Assembly (NCBI GenBank): GCA_016788165.1
Contig: JAEUTH010000021.1
Span: 72,496-136,495, forward strand
Direction: 5' to 3'
DNA from: Bacteroidia bacterium
GTDB taxonomy: Bacteria; Bacteroidota; Bacteroidia; AKYH767-A; OLB10
Length of the DNA stretch: 64,000 bases
Shown here: piece by piece, positions 9,703-19,338 of the stretch
Layout: the number at the start of each line of letters is the position of its first letter
Numbering within the stretch: position 1 is the first letter of the stretch
The notes under the pieces: generated by a model
What the model was told of the DNA's origin: nothing
Seen by the model: only the letters and a program-made list of their open reading frames with translations
Databases searched by the model: none
Translations under genes and position numbers: made by a program

Positions 9703-11088
9703 ATGAAGTACGATGTTATAATTATAGGCAGTGGCCCGGGTGGTTACGTAGCAGCTATCAGAGCTTCGCAACTGGGTTTTAAAGTTGCTGTTGTAGAGCG
9801 CGAAAATTTAGGTGGCATTTGTTTAAATTGGGGATGCATACCTACAAAAGCATTATTAAAAAGTGCACAGGTTTTTGAATATTTAAATCATGCAGCAGAT
9901 TACGGTATTGAGGTAAATAATGGCAAAGCCGATTTTGCCAAAGTAATTGCACGCAGCCGTAGTGTTGCCGATGGTATGAGTAAAGGTGTTCAGTTTTTAA
10001 TGAAGAAGAATAAAATAGATGTAATTAATGGAGTTGGTAAACTTTTGGCAGGCAAAAAGGTAAGCGTAACCTTAGATGGTGCTGAAACCATTTATGAAGC
10101 CAATCACATTATTTTAGCAACCGGTGCACGCTCGCGCCAATTACCTAATATTAAGCAAGACGGTGTGAAGGTGTTTGGCTACCGCGAAGCAATGACATTG
10201 CCCAAGCAGCCTGCTTCATTGGTGGTAATTGGTAGTGGCGCAATTGGTAGCGAGTTTGCATATTTTTATAACGCCATGGGCACAAAGGTTACCATTGTAG
10301 AGTTTATGCCACGTATTGTGCCTGTAGAGGACGAAGAAGTATCGAAACAAATGGAACGCTCTTTTAAAAAACAAGGCATTAATATTTTTACCGATTCAAG
10401 TGTTGAGTCAGTTGATACATCGGGAGCCTTATGTAAGGTGCAGATTAAAACCAAAAAGGGTATGGAGGTGATTGAGGCCGAATCTGTATTGAGCGCTGCC
10501 GGTGTTGTTGCCAATATCGAAAACTTAGGTCTTGAAGAATTGGGCATTGTTACCGACAAAGGCAAGGTAGTGGTAAATGATTATTCTCAAACCAATATGC
10601 CCGGTATTTATGCAATTGGCGATATAACAAAAGGCCAGGCATTGGCACACGTTGCATCGGCAGAAGGTATTTTATGTGTCGAAAAAATTGCCGGCTTAGA
10701 TGTGCATCCTATTAACTACAACAATATACCCGGTTGTACCTATACCACACCCGAAATTGCATCAGTTGGTTATACCGAAGCTGCTGCAAAAGAAGCAGGC
10801 TATGAATTAAAAATTGGCAAATTCCCGTTTAGTGCATCGGGCAAAGCAAAAGCAGCAGGTGCTGCCGATGGTTTTGTAAAAGTAATTTACGATGCTAAAT
10901 ATGGCGAATTATTGGGCGCCCATTTAATAGGATATAATGTAACCGAAATGATTGCCGAAATAGTAGTAGCACGAAATTTAGAAACTACAGGCCATGAAAT
11001 ATTAAAATCAATTCATCCGCACCCAACCATTAGCGAAGCAATAATGGAGGCTACTGCTGCTGCTTACGGTGAGGTTATTCACATGTAA
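9703..11088 (+). CDS. lpdA: Dihydrolipoyl dehydrogenase (E3 component)
   Basis: MKYDVIIIGSGPGGYVAAIRASQLG FAD motif, redox-active disulfide GGICLNWGCIPTK, NAD motif VVIGSGAIGSEFA, C-terminal dimerisation HAHPT.SE. The ORF-track start at 9661 is a TTG extension. Confidence 0.95.
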   Translation: MKYDVIIIGSGPGGYVAAIRASQLGFKVAVVERENLGGICLNWGCIPTKALLKSAQVFEYLNHAADYGIEVNNGKADFAKVIARSRSVADGMSKGVQFLMKKNKIDVINGVGKLLAGKKVSVTLDGAETIYEANHIILATGARSRQLPNIKQDGVKVFGYREAMTLPKQPASLVVIGSGAIGSEFAYFYNAMGTKVTIVEFMPRIVPVEDEEVSKQMERSFKKQGINIFTDSSVESVDTSGALCKVQIKTKKGMEVIEAESVLSAAGVVANIENLGLEELGIVTDKGKVVVNDYSQTNMPGIYAIGDITKGQALAHVASAEGILCVEKIAGLDVHPINYNNIPGCTYTTPEIASVGYTEAAAKEAGYELKIGKFPFSASGKAKAAGAADGFVKVIYDAKYGELLGAHLIGYNVTEMIAEIVVARNLETTGHEILKSIHPHPTISEAIMEATAAAYGEVIHM

Positions 11089-11146
11089 TTGATTAAAAAA
11101 TAAATTTAATTAAAAACTGCTTTGCCCAAATGGTAATGCAGTTTTT

Positions 11147-12466
11147 TTATGATTTACCGCTAATAATAAATGTGGTACCAACACCAATAGTACTCGTTAC
11201 AGCTATGTTTAGTTGATGGTAATTGGCAATGGTTTTAACAATGGACAAACCCAAGCCATGACTATTGGCATCTTTCTGATGTAATCTGGTAAAACGATCG
11301 AATATAATGGCAATTTGCTCGGGCTCAATACCTAAACCAGTGTCGGAAATGGCAATTTCAAAATCATTATTAATTAATTTGCTGGTAATGGTTACGTTGC
11401 CTCCATGTTTATTGTATTTGAGGGCATTGATAAGCAAATTATTAAAAAGCATTTGTAACAATGAAGTATTGCTTTTTGCTAAAATAATTTGGTGTTCCAT
11501 ATCATTTATCATGGTAACTTCTTTATGTGCACAACGATCTTGCAGCTCTTCAATAATTTCGCTAATAAGGTCGTTTAAATTGGTAACCTCACTTTTGTCA
11601 AACTGTTCGTTTTCTACTTTTGATATTGTTAGCAATGCTTTAATAATTCGACTTAACCGGCTCAATATTTTTTGTGAGTCAATAAGTTTTAAGGCGGTAT
11701 CGTGATCGGTTTTTTGATCGGTGATTATATTTTCGAAACGGTTTTGTAATATCGATATGGGTGTTTGTAATTCGTGTGATACATTGGCAATAAATGCTTT
11801 TTCATGATTAAAGTCGTCTTTAATTTTAAGCATTAAGTTTTCGAAAGCCTGATCGAGATAGGTAAACTCAGCAGTAGAACTATTAACCGGATTCGATTTG
11901 AATTTTATAGGGTTATCAACTGCTTTAAGCTTGTTTAGTATTTTATTAAAAGGCAAAAGCAACATACCGATAAAGCCAAAGTCGCTTGCAATACTTATTA
12001 AAACCACCACCACCATTAACCAAATTGTAAATCGTGTAAAGGCCTTATCTAATTGTTCGATAGTGCTCAACCCTTCGCCTATATTGAGTGCATACATTTG
12101 ATTATCGTACATAAAACTGCGGTGTAGTACCCGGTGTTTTAATTCTTCTGTATCTAAAATCCAGGTTTCGATATCGATGCTATCAACGGTACTAAACGTA
12201 CTTGCATCGGTTATGGGTTCAATTTTTATAAATTCCTCTTTAAAAATTGTATGATCTGCATAGCTACAATCTTGCTCATGTTTAATATCATCTAAACCAC
12301 CTTGTTTCACCATCGACATAGCTCTGTCGGCATTGGCGCGTAAACGGTTATCAATATGACTAAACACAACCCTTTCAACAATAACCGGAAGGAGCAAACC
12401 AAATGCTGCAATAATTAATGCTTTAGAAATGGCATTATAAATAGCAAACTTTACTTTTAAGCGCAT
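11147..12466 (-). CDS. Membrane sensor histidine kinase (2 TM, HisKA + HATPase_c)
   Basis: H-box SHELQTPISIL. N/G boxes NLLINALKYNKHGG...ISDTGLGI...GLGLSIV. Two hydrophobic segments flank a periplasmic region. Confidence 0.9.
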   Translation of the reverse strand: MRLKVKFAIYNAISKALIIAAFGLLLPVIVERVVFSHIDNRLRANADRAMSMVKQGGLDDIKHEQDCSYADHTIFKEEFIKIEPITDASTFSTVDSIDIETWILDTEELKHRVLHRSFMYDNQMYALNIGEGLSTIEQLDKAFTRFTIWLMVVVVLISIASDFGFIGMLLLPFNKILNKLKAVDNPIKFKSNPVNSSTAEFTYLDQAFENLMLKIKDDFNHEKAFIANVSHELQTPISILQNRFENIITDQKTDHDTALKLIDSQKILSRLSRIIKALLTISKVENEQFDKSEVTNLNDLISEIIEELQDRCAHKEVTMINDMEHQIILAKSNTSLLQMLFNNLLINALKYNKHGGNVTITSKLINNDFEIAISDTGLGIEPEQIAIIFDRFTRLHQKDANSHGLGLSIVKTIANYHQLNIAVTSTIGVGTTFIISGKS

Positions 12467-12533
12467 GGCAATAAATTAAATAAAGCATGCAAAATTAAAA
12501 GCATTGCATGATAGTGCCATGAAACGCCTGATT

Positions 12534-12938
12534 TTATATGACATTGGTATGTTTTAAATGTGTTACCAAATCGTCAATTGAAAGTGGTTTTAAAAATAAG
12601 GCTTTTACCAAACTGCTGGCCTTAGCCCTGCTGTTATCTGTAAAATTTAGTGATGATGATACCATTACAATATGTATCTTATCAACTATTGGTTTTGGTA
12701 AGTTTTCGAATGCAGCTAAAAATTCAAAACCATCCATACCGGGCATTTGAATATCCAGTAAAATCAAATCAGGGCATGTTTGCTCATTACATGTTTTAAG
12801 GTACTCAATGGCTTCGATTGGATTAATGTATTTTAGAACAGAATGTGAAAAGCCTCGGATATTTATTAGTTTTTCGAGTAAAAATAAATCGATGCCATTG
12901 TCATCAATAAGCATTACTTGAATTCGTTTGTCCATCAT
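12534..12938 (-). CDS. Single-domain response regulator (receiver only, no output domain)
   Basis: VMLIDDN...LILLDIQMPGMDGFEF...IVMVSSS receiver motifs; 134 aa. Start overlaps the stop of the upstream REC-kinase gene. Confidence 0.85.
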   Translation of the reverse strand: MMDKRIQVMLIDDNGIDLFLLEKLINIRGFSHSVLKYINPIEAIEYLKTCNEQTCPDLILLDIQMPGMDGFEFLAAFENLPKPIVDKIHIVMVSSSLNFTDNSRAKASSLVKALFLKPLSIDDLVTHLKHTNVI

Positions 12939-14026
12939 TTTGGATTTTTATTAGGAATAAAAATATTGAATGTCGTGCCTATTTCACTGGTTGATTTAAC
13001 TTTTATAGAACCGTTAATTTTTTCTAATGCTTCTTTTACAATGAAAAGACCTATACCTGAACCTTGCTTTTTACTGGTGGTTGGTGTTCTGAAAAATAGT
13101 TGAAATATATTTTCGATATAGATTTGTGGAATACCAATACCATTGTCGCTTATTTCGATTTCTGCGCCTTGTAAATTTGTATTTACAGTAACGGTAACAC
13201 AATGCTTGGGTGTATTCGGGTTGTTATATTTAATGGCATTAGATATCAGATTATTAAGTATAACCCTTATGCGAAAATCGTCTGAAATAAAATTTGTGGT
13301 TTGATTTATGGTAACATTAAATACAACACTCGGTTCCAGATTGCTTAATGATTCTACACAGTCGCTTACTAAGATTTTAAAATCAATTACATCATTAATT
13401 TCTTCCAGGCGCGAGTTTTGATAATATTCAATAATGCGTTTGGTGTAATTATCAAGTTTTAAAATACTGCTTTCAATAACCTTAAAGTATTCTTCGGCTA
13501 CCAACATTTCAGGCTCCATTCTGGCATATTGAACTATACCTAAAACTGACATTAATGGCGAGCGTAAGTCATGCGATGCACTATAAACAAACCTGTTAAG
13601 TTCATCGTTTGTTTTCTCGAGCTGTGCATTTTTTTCGGCTAATTGTATGCGCGATCGGTATAAATCAGCACAATATTCCAGGGTTAATGTAAACTTATCC
13701 CAATCCCATGGTTTTTGTATGTATTTACTAATTTGTCCGGTATTAATGGCTTCAATTACGGTATCAATATCCGTTTGGCCAGTTATAAGCAGCCTGATAG
13801 TATTTGGATAGGTTTCGATAGTTTGTGCCAAAAACTGAATACCGGTACAACCGGGCATTCGTTGGTCGGAAATAATAATACCCATTTCATTGTTTTCAAT
13901 AATCTGCAAAGCTTCTTGGGCACTTATTGCTGTATATACTTTATACAATTTGCGGAACATTGATTTAAATGAAATCAGGTTGTTTTCCTCGTCATCAACA
14001 TAAAGTACTTTAAGTTGGTTTTCCAT
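12935..14026 (-). CDS. Receiver-fused histidine kinase (REC-HisKA-HATPase) with no sensor domain; phosphorelay intermediate
   Basis: N-terminal receiver VLYVDDEENNL...ISDQRMPGCTG...LITGQTD...KPWD, then H-box SASHDLRSPL and ATPase motifs NLISNAIKYN...DNGIGI...GSGIGL. Confidence 0.9.
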   Translation of the reverse strand: MENQLKVLYVDDEENNLISFKSMFRKLYKVYTAISAQEALQIIENNEMGIIISDQRMPGCTGIQFLAQTIETYPNTIRLLITGQTDIDTVIEAINTGQISKYIQKPWDWDKFTLTLEYCADLYRSRIQLAEKNAQLEKTNDELNRFVYSASHDLRSPLMSVLGIVQYARMEPEMLVAEEYFKVIESSILKLDNYTKRIIEYYQNSRLEEINDVIDFKILVSDCVESLSNLEPSVVFNVTINQTTNFISDDFRIRVILNNLISNAIKYNNPNTPKHCVTVTVNTNLQGAEIEISDNGIGIPQIYIENIFQLFFRTPTTSKKQGSGIGLFIVKEALEKINGSIKVKSTSEIGTTFNIFIPNKNPK

Positions 14027-14052
14027 ACTGTACCTGTAAATTATTGCGTCTT

Positions 14053-16194
14053 TTATCTTTTTAATCGTAACGGTAAATATAACATTACTTCACTGCCTTG
14101 ATTGGGTGCCGATTCAATTTCAATCCTTCCGTGGTGGCTTTCGATAATTGAATATACAATAGACATTCCCAAACCGGTACCTTCGCCCACGTCTTTGGTT
14201 GTAAAAAAGGGTTCGAAAATTTTAGACTTCACTTTTTCATCCATCCCTACACCGGTGTCTGCTACGGTAATTTTAATAAAATCATTATCTAATATAGATG
14301 TAATGGTGAGTACATGATTTTTTTGCTGATTGTTTTTTTCGATAGCTTGTAGTGCGTTATTAAGTACATTCATAAACACCTGATTAAGTTTACCCGGGTA
14401 ACATTCGATATTGGGCAATACGTTCAGATTTTTAATAAGTGTTAGGCTTTTTGGCATTGAGTTTCGTAATAAAACCAGCGTTGATTCTATTCCTTCATTA
14501 AGGTTCGCTTCTTTAATATCACTTTCATCTAAACGAGAGAAATTTTTTAAGCCTTTTACAATTTCTGCTGTGCGTTTGGCTCCATCTTCAATGCCATTAA
14601 TTAAAATATTTATTTCATGTTTTAAGTAATCGAAATCAATTTCTTTTTTATAAGCTTCAATGTCAGTTTTAGATTGGTCAAAGTCAGCGGCATTATTTAA
14701 TGCATCGTATTTTTCAATTATCAATAAAATATCGTTTATATCCAGTTGTAATGGTCTGATGTTGGCGCTTACAAAATTAATTGGGTTGTTTATTTCATGC
14801 GCTATACCAGCAGTTAGTTGCCCTAATGATGCCATTTTTTCGGCATTAACTAATTGGGCTTGTGCATCTTTTAAATTTTTTAAAGTAATACCCAGTTCTG
14901 TATTGGCAATTTGGAGTTCTTGCGTTCGTTCGTTTACTTTTTGTTCAAGCATTAGATTCTGCTCAGAAATCAGTTTTTCCTTTTCGCGTAAAGCTGCCAT
15001 GGTTTCAGCTTGCGATTCCTCTTTTTCCTTTTTTAAAATATTAATCCGGTCGGCTAATGCAAATGAAAGCAGCACCACTTCGGCAGCCGAACCTAATGGC
15101 ATCATGTAAAGTGTATAATTATTGTAAGGTAGTATGCTAAAATCTTTTAATACATAAACCGTTACACCTATCAGGAAAACAGTCCATGCTAATAAAAAAT
15201 AGCCGGCAGGTCTAAATCCCTTTTTATAAATAAGGTAGCCAACATAAAGCATGTACAGCGATACCAGCGTTGCAATTAATTCGATTAAGATAAAACTAAC
15301 TTTAAACAGACCGAATAATGAAAATGCCGATGCGCATACGTATGCAAACATGAAAATTATAAACCCTTTATTATGGCTTGGATAAAAGAATTTTACATGC
15401 AAAAATTCACGCATAAAAACCATGCTGGCAATGCCAACTAAAGTTGGGAAAATGAATGAACTATAAACAGCCAATAATGGGATATTGGGCCATAGTACCA
15501 TAAAGGTATATCCATGAATACTTGCTTGCGTAAGCAGTACGGTGGCTAAATAAATTACATAGTATAAATATACTTTATCTTTTATTGTTACGTATAAGAA
15601 GGCATTGTAGAAAAACATTACCAGCATTATACCGATGTATATGCCAACGGCTAAATTTCTTTTTTTGTTTGATTCGCTAATCCGATCCGGAGTACCAATA
15701 AATATGGGTATTTGGATGTTTTCCCGGGCACTTACTTGTAGCAGTATGGTAGTTATTTTATGCGAAGGTAACTGCAAGTTGAAGATATAATCCGGATCGC
15801 GTATTACCCTGTGGTTAAAACTATTATACTCGCCTGAGTGTGCTTCAGAAAAAATGGTGTCATCATTAATCTGATAGCAACTAATTTTATCTAAACCCGG
15901 ATGTGAAACCTGTAACAAAAAATCACCTACGTTGGTTTGATTGGAAATTTTTAACTTAAGCCAGAAAACAGAATTGCTTATGCCGAAGTTGGGTACATCG
16001 GTGGTAATTCTGTTAAAGTTATTAAGTTGTTTTACTTCATTAATTGTTAGTTTTTGAGTTTTATCTTCGTAGTAAACAACTTGGTTGCTAACACTTATTT
16101 TGTAATCGCTGCTAACTATAGGAATTATTTGGGCCCGGGTTATACCGGCCAACAGCAGCAAACTTATTAGTGTAAATTGTTTAATTAAAAACAC
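14053..16194 (-). CDS. 7TMR-DISM sensor histidine kinase (7TMR-DISMED2 extracellular domain, 7TM, coiled coil, HisKA, HATPase)
   Basis: Signal peptide plus beta-rich extracytoplasmic domain (FWLKLKISNQT...), seven consecutive TM helices, H-box AHEINNPINFV, N/G boxes MNVLNNALQA...DTGVGM...GTGLGMSIV. Confidence 0.9.
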   Translation of the reverse strand: MFLIKQFTLISLLLLAGITRAQIIPIVSSDYKISVSNQVVYYEDKTQKLTINEVKQLNNFNRITTDVPNFGISNSVFWLKLKISNQTNVGDFLLQVSHPGLDKISCYQINDDTIFSEAHSGEYNSFNHRVIRDPDYIFNLQLPSHKITTILLQVSARENIQIPIFIGTPDRISESNKKRNLAVGIYIGIMLVMFFYNAFLYVTIKDKVYLYYVIYLATVLLTQASIHGYTFMVLWPNIPLLAVYSSFIFPTLVGIASMVFMREFLHVKFFYPSHNKGFIIFMFAYVCASAFSLFGLFKVSFILIELIATLVSLYMLYVGYLIYKKGFRPAGYFLLAWTVFLIGVTVYVLKDFSILPYNNYTLYMMPLGSAAEVVLLSFALADRINILKKEKEESQAETMAALREKEKLISEQNLMLEQKVNERTQELQIANTELGITLKNLKDAQAQLVNAEKMASLGQLTAGIAHEINNPINFVSANIRPLQLDINDILLIIEKYDALNNAADFDQSKTDIEAYKKEIDFDYLKHEINILINGIEDGAKRTAEIVKGLKNFSRLDESDIKEANLNEGIESTLVLLRNSMPKSLTLIKNLNVLPNIECYPGKLNQVFMNVLNNALQAIEKNNQQKNHVLTITSILDNDFIKITVADTGVGMDEKVKSKIFEPFFTTKDVGEGTGLGMSIVYSIIESHHGRIEIESAPNQGSEVMLYLPLRLKR

Positions 16195-16196
16195 AG

Positions 16197-16880
16197 TTAA
16201 TTGGGCAAAAACAGTTGGTAATTTATTTCAATAGAGCCCTTAGCGCCCATTTCAGTATATTTTTGATTCGGGCTGTTTCGCAAGCTTAACATGCGTTCGC
16301 GGTCATAGGGTTGTGAGGTGCCCAAATCTTTGGCATTTAAAATTCCTAATACCCGCGCAATATAGTTTTCGTTTGGATAAACAAATTGACCGTTGTCGCC
16401 TAACGAATCATCAACCACAAAACCAACACGCCTGAACATAGGCATGGTATAATCGGCACAAATGCCCATTAATGTTTTGCATTTAATTTGATTAACAATA
16501 CTGATGCCTGCACGGGTTAGTAATAAACTTAAACCTTTGCCAGCAACTACTTTGGCATTCCAAAGAGCGCAAAGTTCGCCTACACCTGTATTGATATATC
16601 CATTAACAATCTGATGTATGTTGGGGTCCATTTTTCCAATTGCTTTTTCAACGGGTAGCATATTAATGCCATCGGCAATTTGTACTCTTATGCCGCCCAC
16701 CAAAACGCCATCATCGCGTTCGGCAACAATGCCGTAAACGCAATTCCATGTCATCCATTCTTGGTTATTGGAAGTTATATTTGTTATGCCATAGTCTTTT
16801 AAAACGTTTACATGGCCTTCTAAATATTTAGCACTGGTTTCAGTATCGGTGGGGGCATGAAAAATTCTGAATCTGTACAT
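16197..16880 (-). CDS. GNAT-fold acyltransferase-like protein (function unresolved; acetyltransferase versus N-acyl-amino-acid / autoinducer-synthase-like)
   Basis: Acyl-CoA-binding-like motif LWNAKVVAGKGLSLLL. Size (227 aa) and secondary-structure pattern fit GNAT. Start lies 1 nt after the upstream gene stop. Confidence 0.5.
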   Translation of the reverse strand: MYRFRIFHAPTDTETSAKYLEGHVNVLKDYGITNITSNNQEWMTWNCVYGIVAERDDGVLVGGIRVQIADGINMLPVEKAIGKMDPNIHQIVNGYINTGVGELCALWNAKVVAGKGLSLLLTRAGISIVNQIKCKTLMGICADYTMPMFRRVGFVVDDSLGDNGQFVYPNENYIARVLGILNAKDLGTSQPYDRERMLSLRNSPNQKYTEMGAKGSIEINYQLFLPN

Positions 16881-16881
16881 T

Positions 16882-19131
16882 TTAAATCATAGTAAAACTG
16901 TTTTCTAAAGGTTTTCGTAGTGCAATAGTTGTAGGTGTTTGTGCATACATAACTCTAAACAAAAATGTATCTCTTAATGCAGGAAGAGACTCAAATATAT
17001 GCTCAAATTTAATTTGTTGTTTGTTTAGTTCGGCAATTTCGTTTTCGGAAAAGTGATGTATGCCTTGCAGTTTATTAAAATAAAATACCGGTGCACTAAT
17101 GGGTTGCAGGTGTAAACCTTGTGCGATAGCTGCCAGCCAAAAGCGTTGCACGCAAGCACCTGCATCAAGTACATTTAAATTTTTATCAACACTTAGCAGT
17201 GCTATTGCTGATGCACTTTTTATAGCATTAGATGTAATTTTTTTTAGTGCATCACCGCCTTTCCATTCGCTAACTTTTTCGATAACGGCCGGGTCGGAAG
17301 CTACTTTGAGGCCCGTAAAATCTATTTGGCTAAGTTCTAAAGTAGCTATATCTAATCCATCGCATGTTTTTTTTGCTTGTACGGTATCCCATCTAATTTC
17401 TTTATTAAAAAATTCGTCATGCCCATAAGGATTTAAAAACCTGATTTTTTCAACCGAAGCAACAATATCAGCCAGTGCAAAAATACTATCCTTATCATGT
17501 TTCCAACGTATGGTTGCAGGTTTGGCAACAATATCTAAATTGGTGGTTATGGTTGCATTAATGGGATGCCCGTTGCCGTGTTTGCGATTGGTGCAGCGTA
17601 CTTTAATTGCATTAAACAAAATTGAGTTGCCTGATTCTTTTGTTTTTGAAAAAGTTAATGCTGCTAAACAAAACGGATGTGATAAATGTTTAATTTCAAC
17701 GGCATAACCATCCATACCAGCTGTAAGTGATATATTTTCAATAGCAGCCCCCAAAGCCAGATGCGCTAAGTTGCCATCGGTATCGCTCCAGCAATAAGAC
17801 AGTGTGGCATTGTGTATTACAAATAGTACATCGTTTTTAAATACCCAATGCCATGGTTGGTTATTACCGGCTGACGGAGCTTTAATTGCAAATTGCAACC
17901 AACTTTCAATTCGGTTACCTATAACATCTTTACCTTTTATTTGATAATTAAGTGCAAAGTTTATTGCATCTTCCAATTTAAAAGTAGGGTGCTTTTTAAA
18001 TGCATTATCAGGTTTGGTTTCGGGTTGGTTCCCAATAATATTTTCAACATCAACATAATACCGGCCCGAGCTGTTAAACTGTCCCAATAAAACCCTTCTT
18101 GCAACATCGGCAGTTATGCCGCCACCCATTGTAACTGCACTGGCAAGCTGTGGCCATGTATTTATGCTTTGTTCAATTTCAATCATAGATGCTTTAAGTC
18201 TGACACTTGACGTATCAATACCTAAAACATCCATCATATAAGGTATTTTATCTTCCGTTGTTTTTAGTTGTTTTAGTTTTTCTATATTCAAATGTTCAAC
18301 CAGACCATGTAAAATGGGGCGCTCAGGTTCTAAATCAAATCGTTCAACATCAACCATACACTTATCGCTTGCTTCCATAAGTACGGGTATGCCATGTTTA
18401 CGCGCGGCATATCGGCTAATAATTTTTATATCAAAACCATCCGACTCTTCAATCAATAAGTCCATTTTACCGCCATTATAAAAAAATGCTTCTAAATTGT
18501 TTTCAGTAATTCCTTCAGGATAACATGTGATATTTATGTAAGGATCTATTTCGGCAATTTCGCGTGCAACGCTATATACTTTTGGTAAACCAATATTATG
18601 TATGCCGGTTCGTATGCGGTTTAAATTATTAAGTTCTAATGTGTCGAAATCGGCTAAATGTATATGGTTACTTATACGCTCCATAGCTATGGTAACCGCT
18701 ACCGATTGACCTACTGATAAGCCGATAATACCTATCTTTTTTTTCTGAAGGATAAGCTGTTCTTCCGGTGTAATTTTATATTGATTGCGGCTGGTGCGTA
18801 CTTTAATAAACTCTGCTTCGGGCAAGGTTCTTACCAAACGTTTACTCCAGGGATAATAAATCCACATACCATAATTATTCATAGTAAATGGATGGATGTA
18901 AGCTTCGGCTTTTTGCTTTAAAATAGCATCTGCAAACTTTTGCGAAGGATTACAGGTTTTTATAAATTCTTTTAATTGTTCAAACAAAGTATCAAACTTT
19001 TCAACTTGATTCTGTGTTGTAATTTGTTCAATTTCTTTTTCGTCAGATGCACAGCTAAATATTATTGGTTTGTAATTGTTAAAAGCACTTTGCATGTTTA
19101 TGTCAAGGTGATTGGAAATGTGTAAACTCAT
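16882..19131 (-). CDS. Rv1355c-family protein: E1-like (ThiF/MoeB-type) adenylation domain fused to a double nitroreductase (SagB-type, FMN) domain
   Basis: E1 Rossmann start KKIGIIGLSVGQSVAVTIAM plus ADFDTLELNNLNRI (ThiF D.D.VE.SNLNRQ motif) at about aa 130-175. Nitroreductase signatures APSAGNNQPWHWVF (about aa 418) and a second half VRCTNRKHG (about aa 510). Confidence 0.8.
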   Translation of the reverse strand: MSLHISNHLDINMQSAFNNYKPIIFSCASDEKEIEQITTQNQVEKFDTLFEQLKEFIKTCNPSQKFADAILKQKAEAYIHPFTMNNYGMWIYYPWSKRLVRTLPEAEFIKVRTSRNQYKITPEEQLILQKKKIGIIGLSVGQSVAVTIAMERISNHIHLADFDTLELNNLNRIRTGIHNIGLPKVYSVAREIAEIDPYINITCYPEGITENNLEAFFYNGGKMDLLIEESDGFDIKIISRYAARKHGIPVLMEASDKCMVDVERFDLEPERPILHGLVEHLNIEKLKQLKTTEDKIPYMMDVLGIDTSSVRLKASMIEIEQSINTWPQLASAVTMGGGITADVARRVLLGQFNSSGRYYVDVENIIGNQPETKPDNAFKKHPTFKLEDAINFALNYQIKGKDVIGNRIESWLQFAIKAPSAGNNQPWHWVFKNDVLFVIHNATLSYCWSDTDGNLAHLALGAAIENISLTAGMDGYAVEIKHLSHPFCLAALTFSKTKESGNSILFNAIKVRCTNRKHGNGHPINATITTNLDIVAKPATIRWKHDKDSIFALADIVASVEKIRFLNPYGHDEFFNKEIRWDTVQAKKTCDGLDIATLELSQIDFTGLKVASDPAVIEKVSEWKGGDALKKITSNAIKSASAIALLSVDKNLNVLDAGACVQRFWLAAIAQGLHLQPISAPVFYFNKLQGIHHFSENEIAELNKQQIKFEHIFESLPALRDTFLFRVMYAQTPTTIALRKPLENSFTMI

Positions 19132-19338
19132 GAATTAAAAATAGGGGAATGAGCAGGCAAGTTTAGTTTAATTTTATAATTTTGTAGCAACTTATCATTT
19201 TGATAGTTTGGTGTTATTTTGATTCTCAATTTTAATTTTTTTCAGTTTCTTTTTGATTGCCTGCAGGGTTTGATTATTTGTTCTGTTAGTTTTCAATTTG
19301 CAAATGTTACATAAGCTGTAATTAATACACTTTTTAGT

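Noticed and set aside
11307-15109. Antisense ORFs of 132 aa and 149 aa within the histidine kinase genes
   Set aside because: Serine/Ile-rich low-complexity translations opposite well-supported kinase genes. No start-context support.
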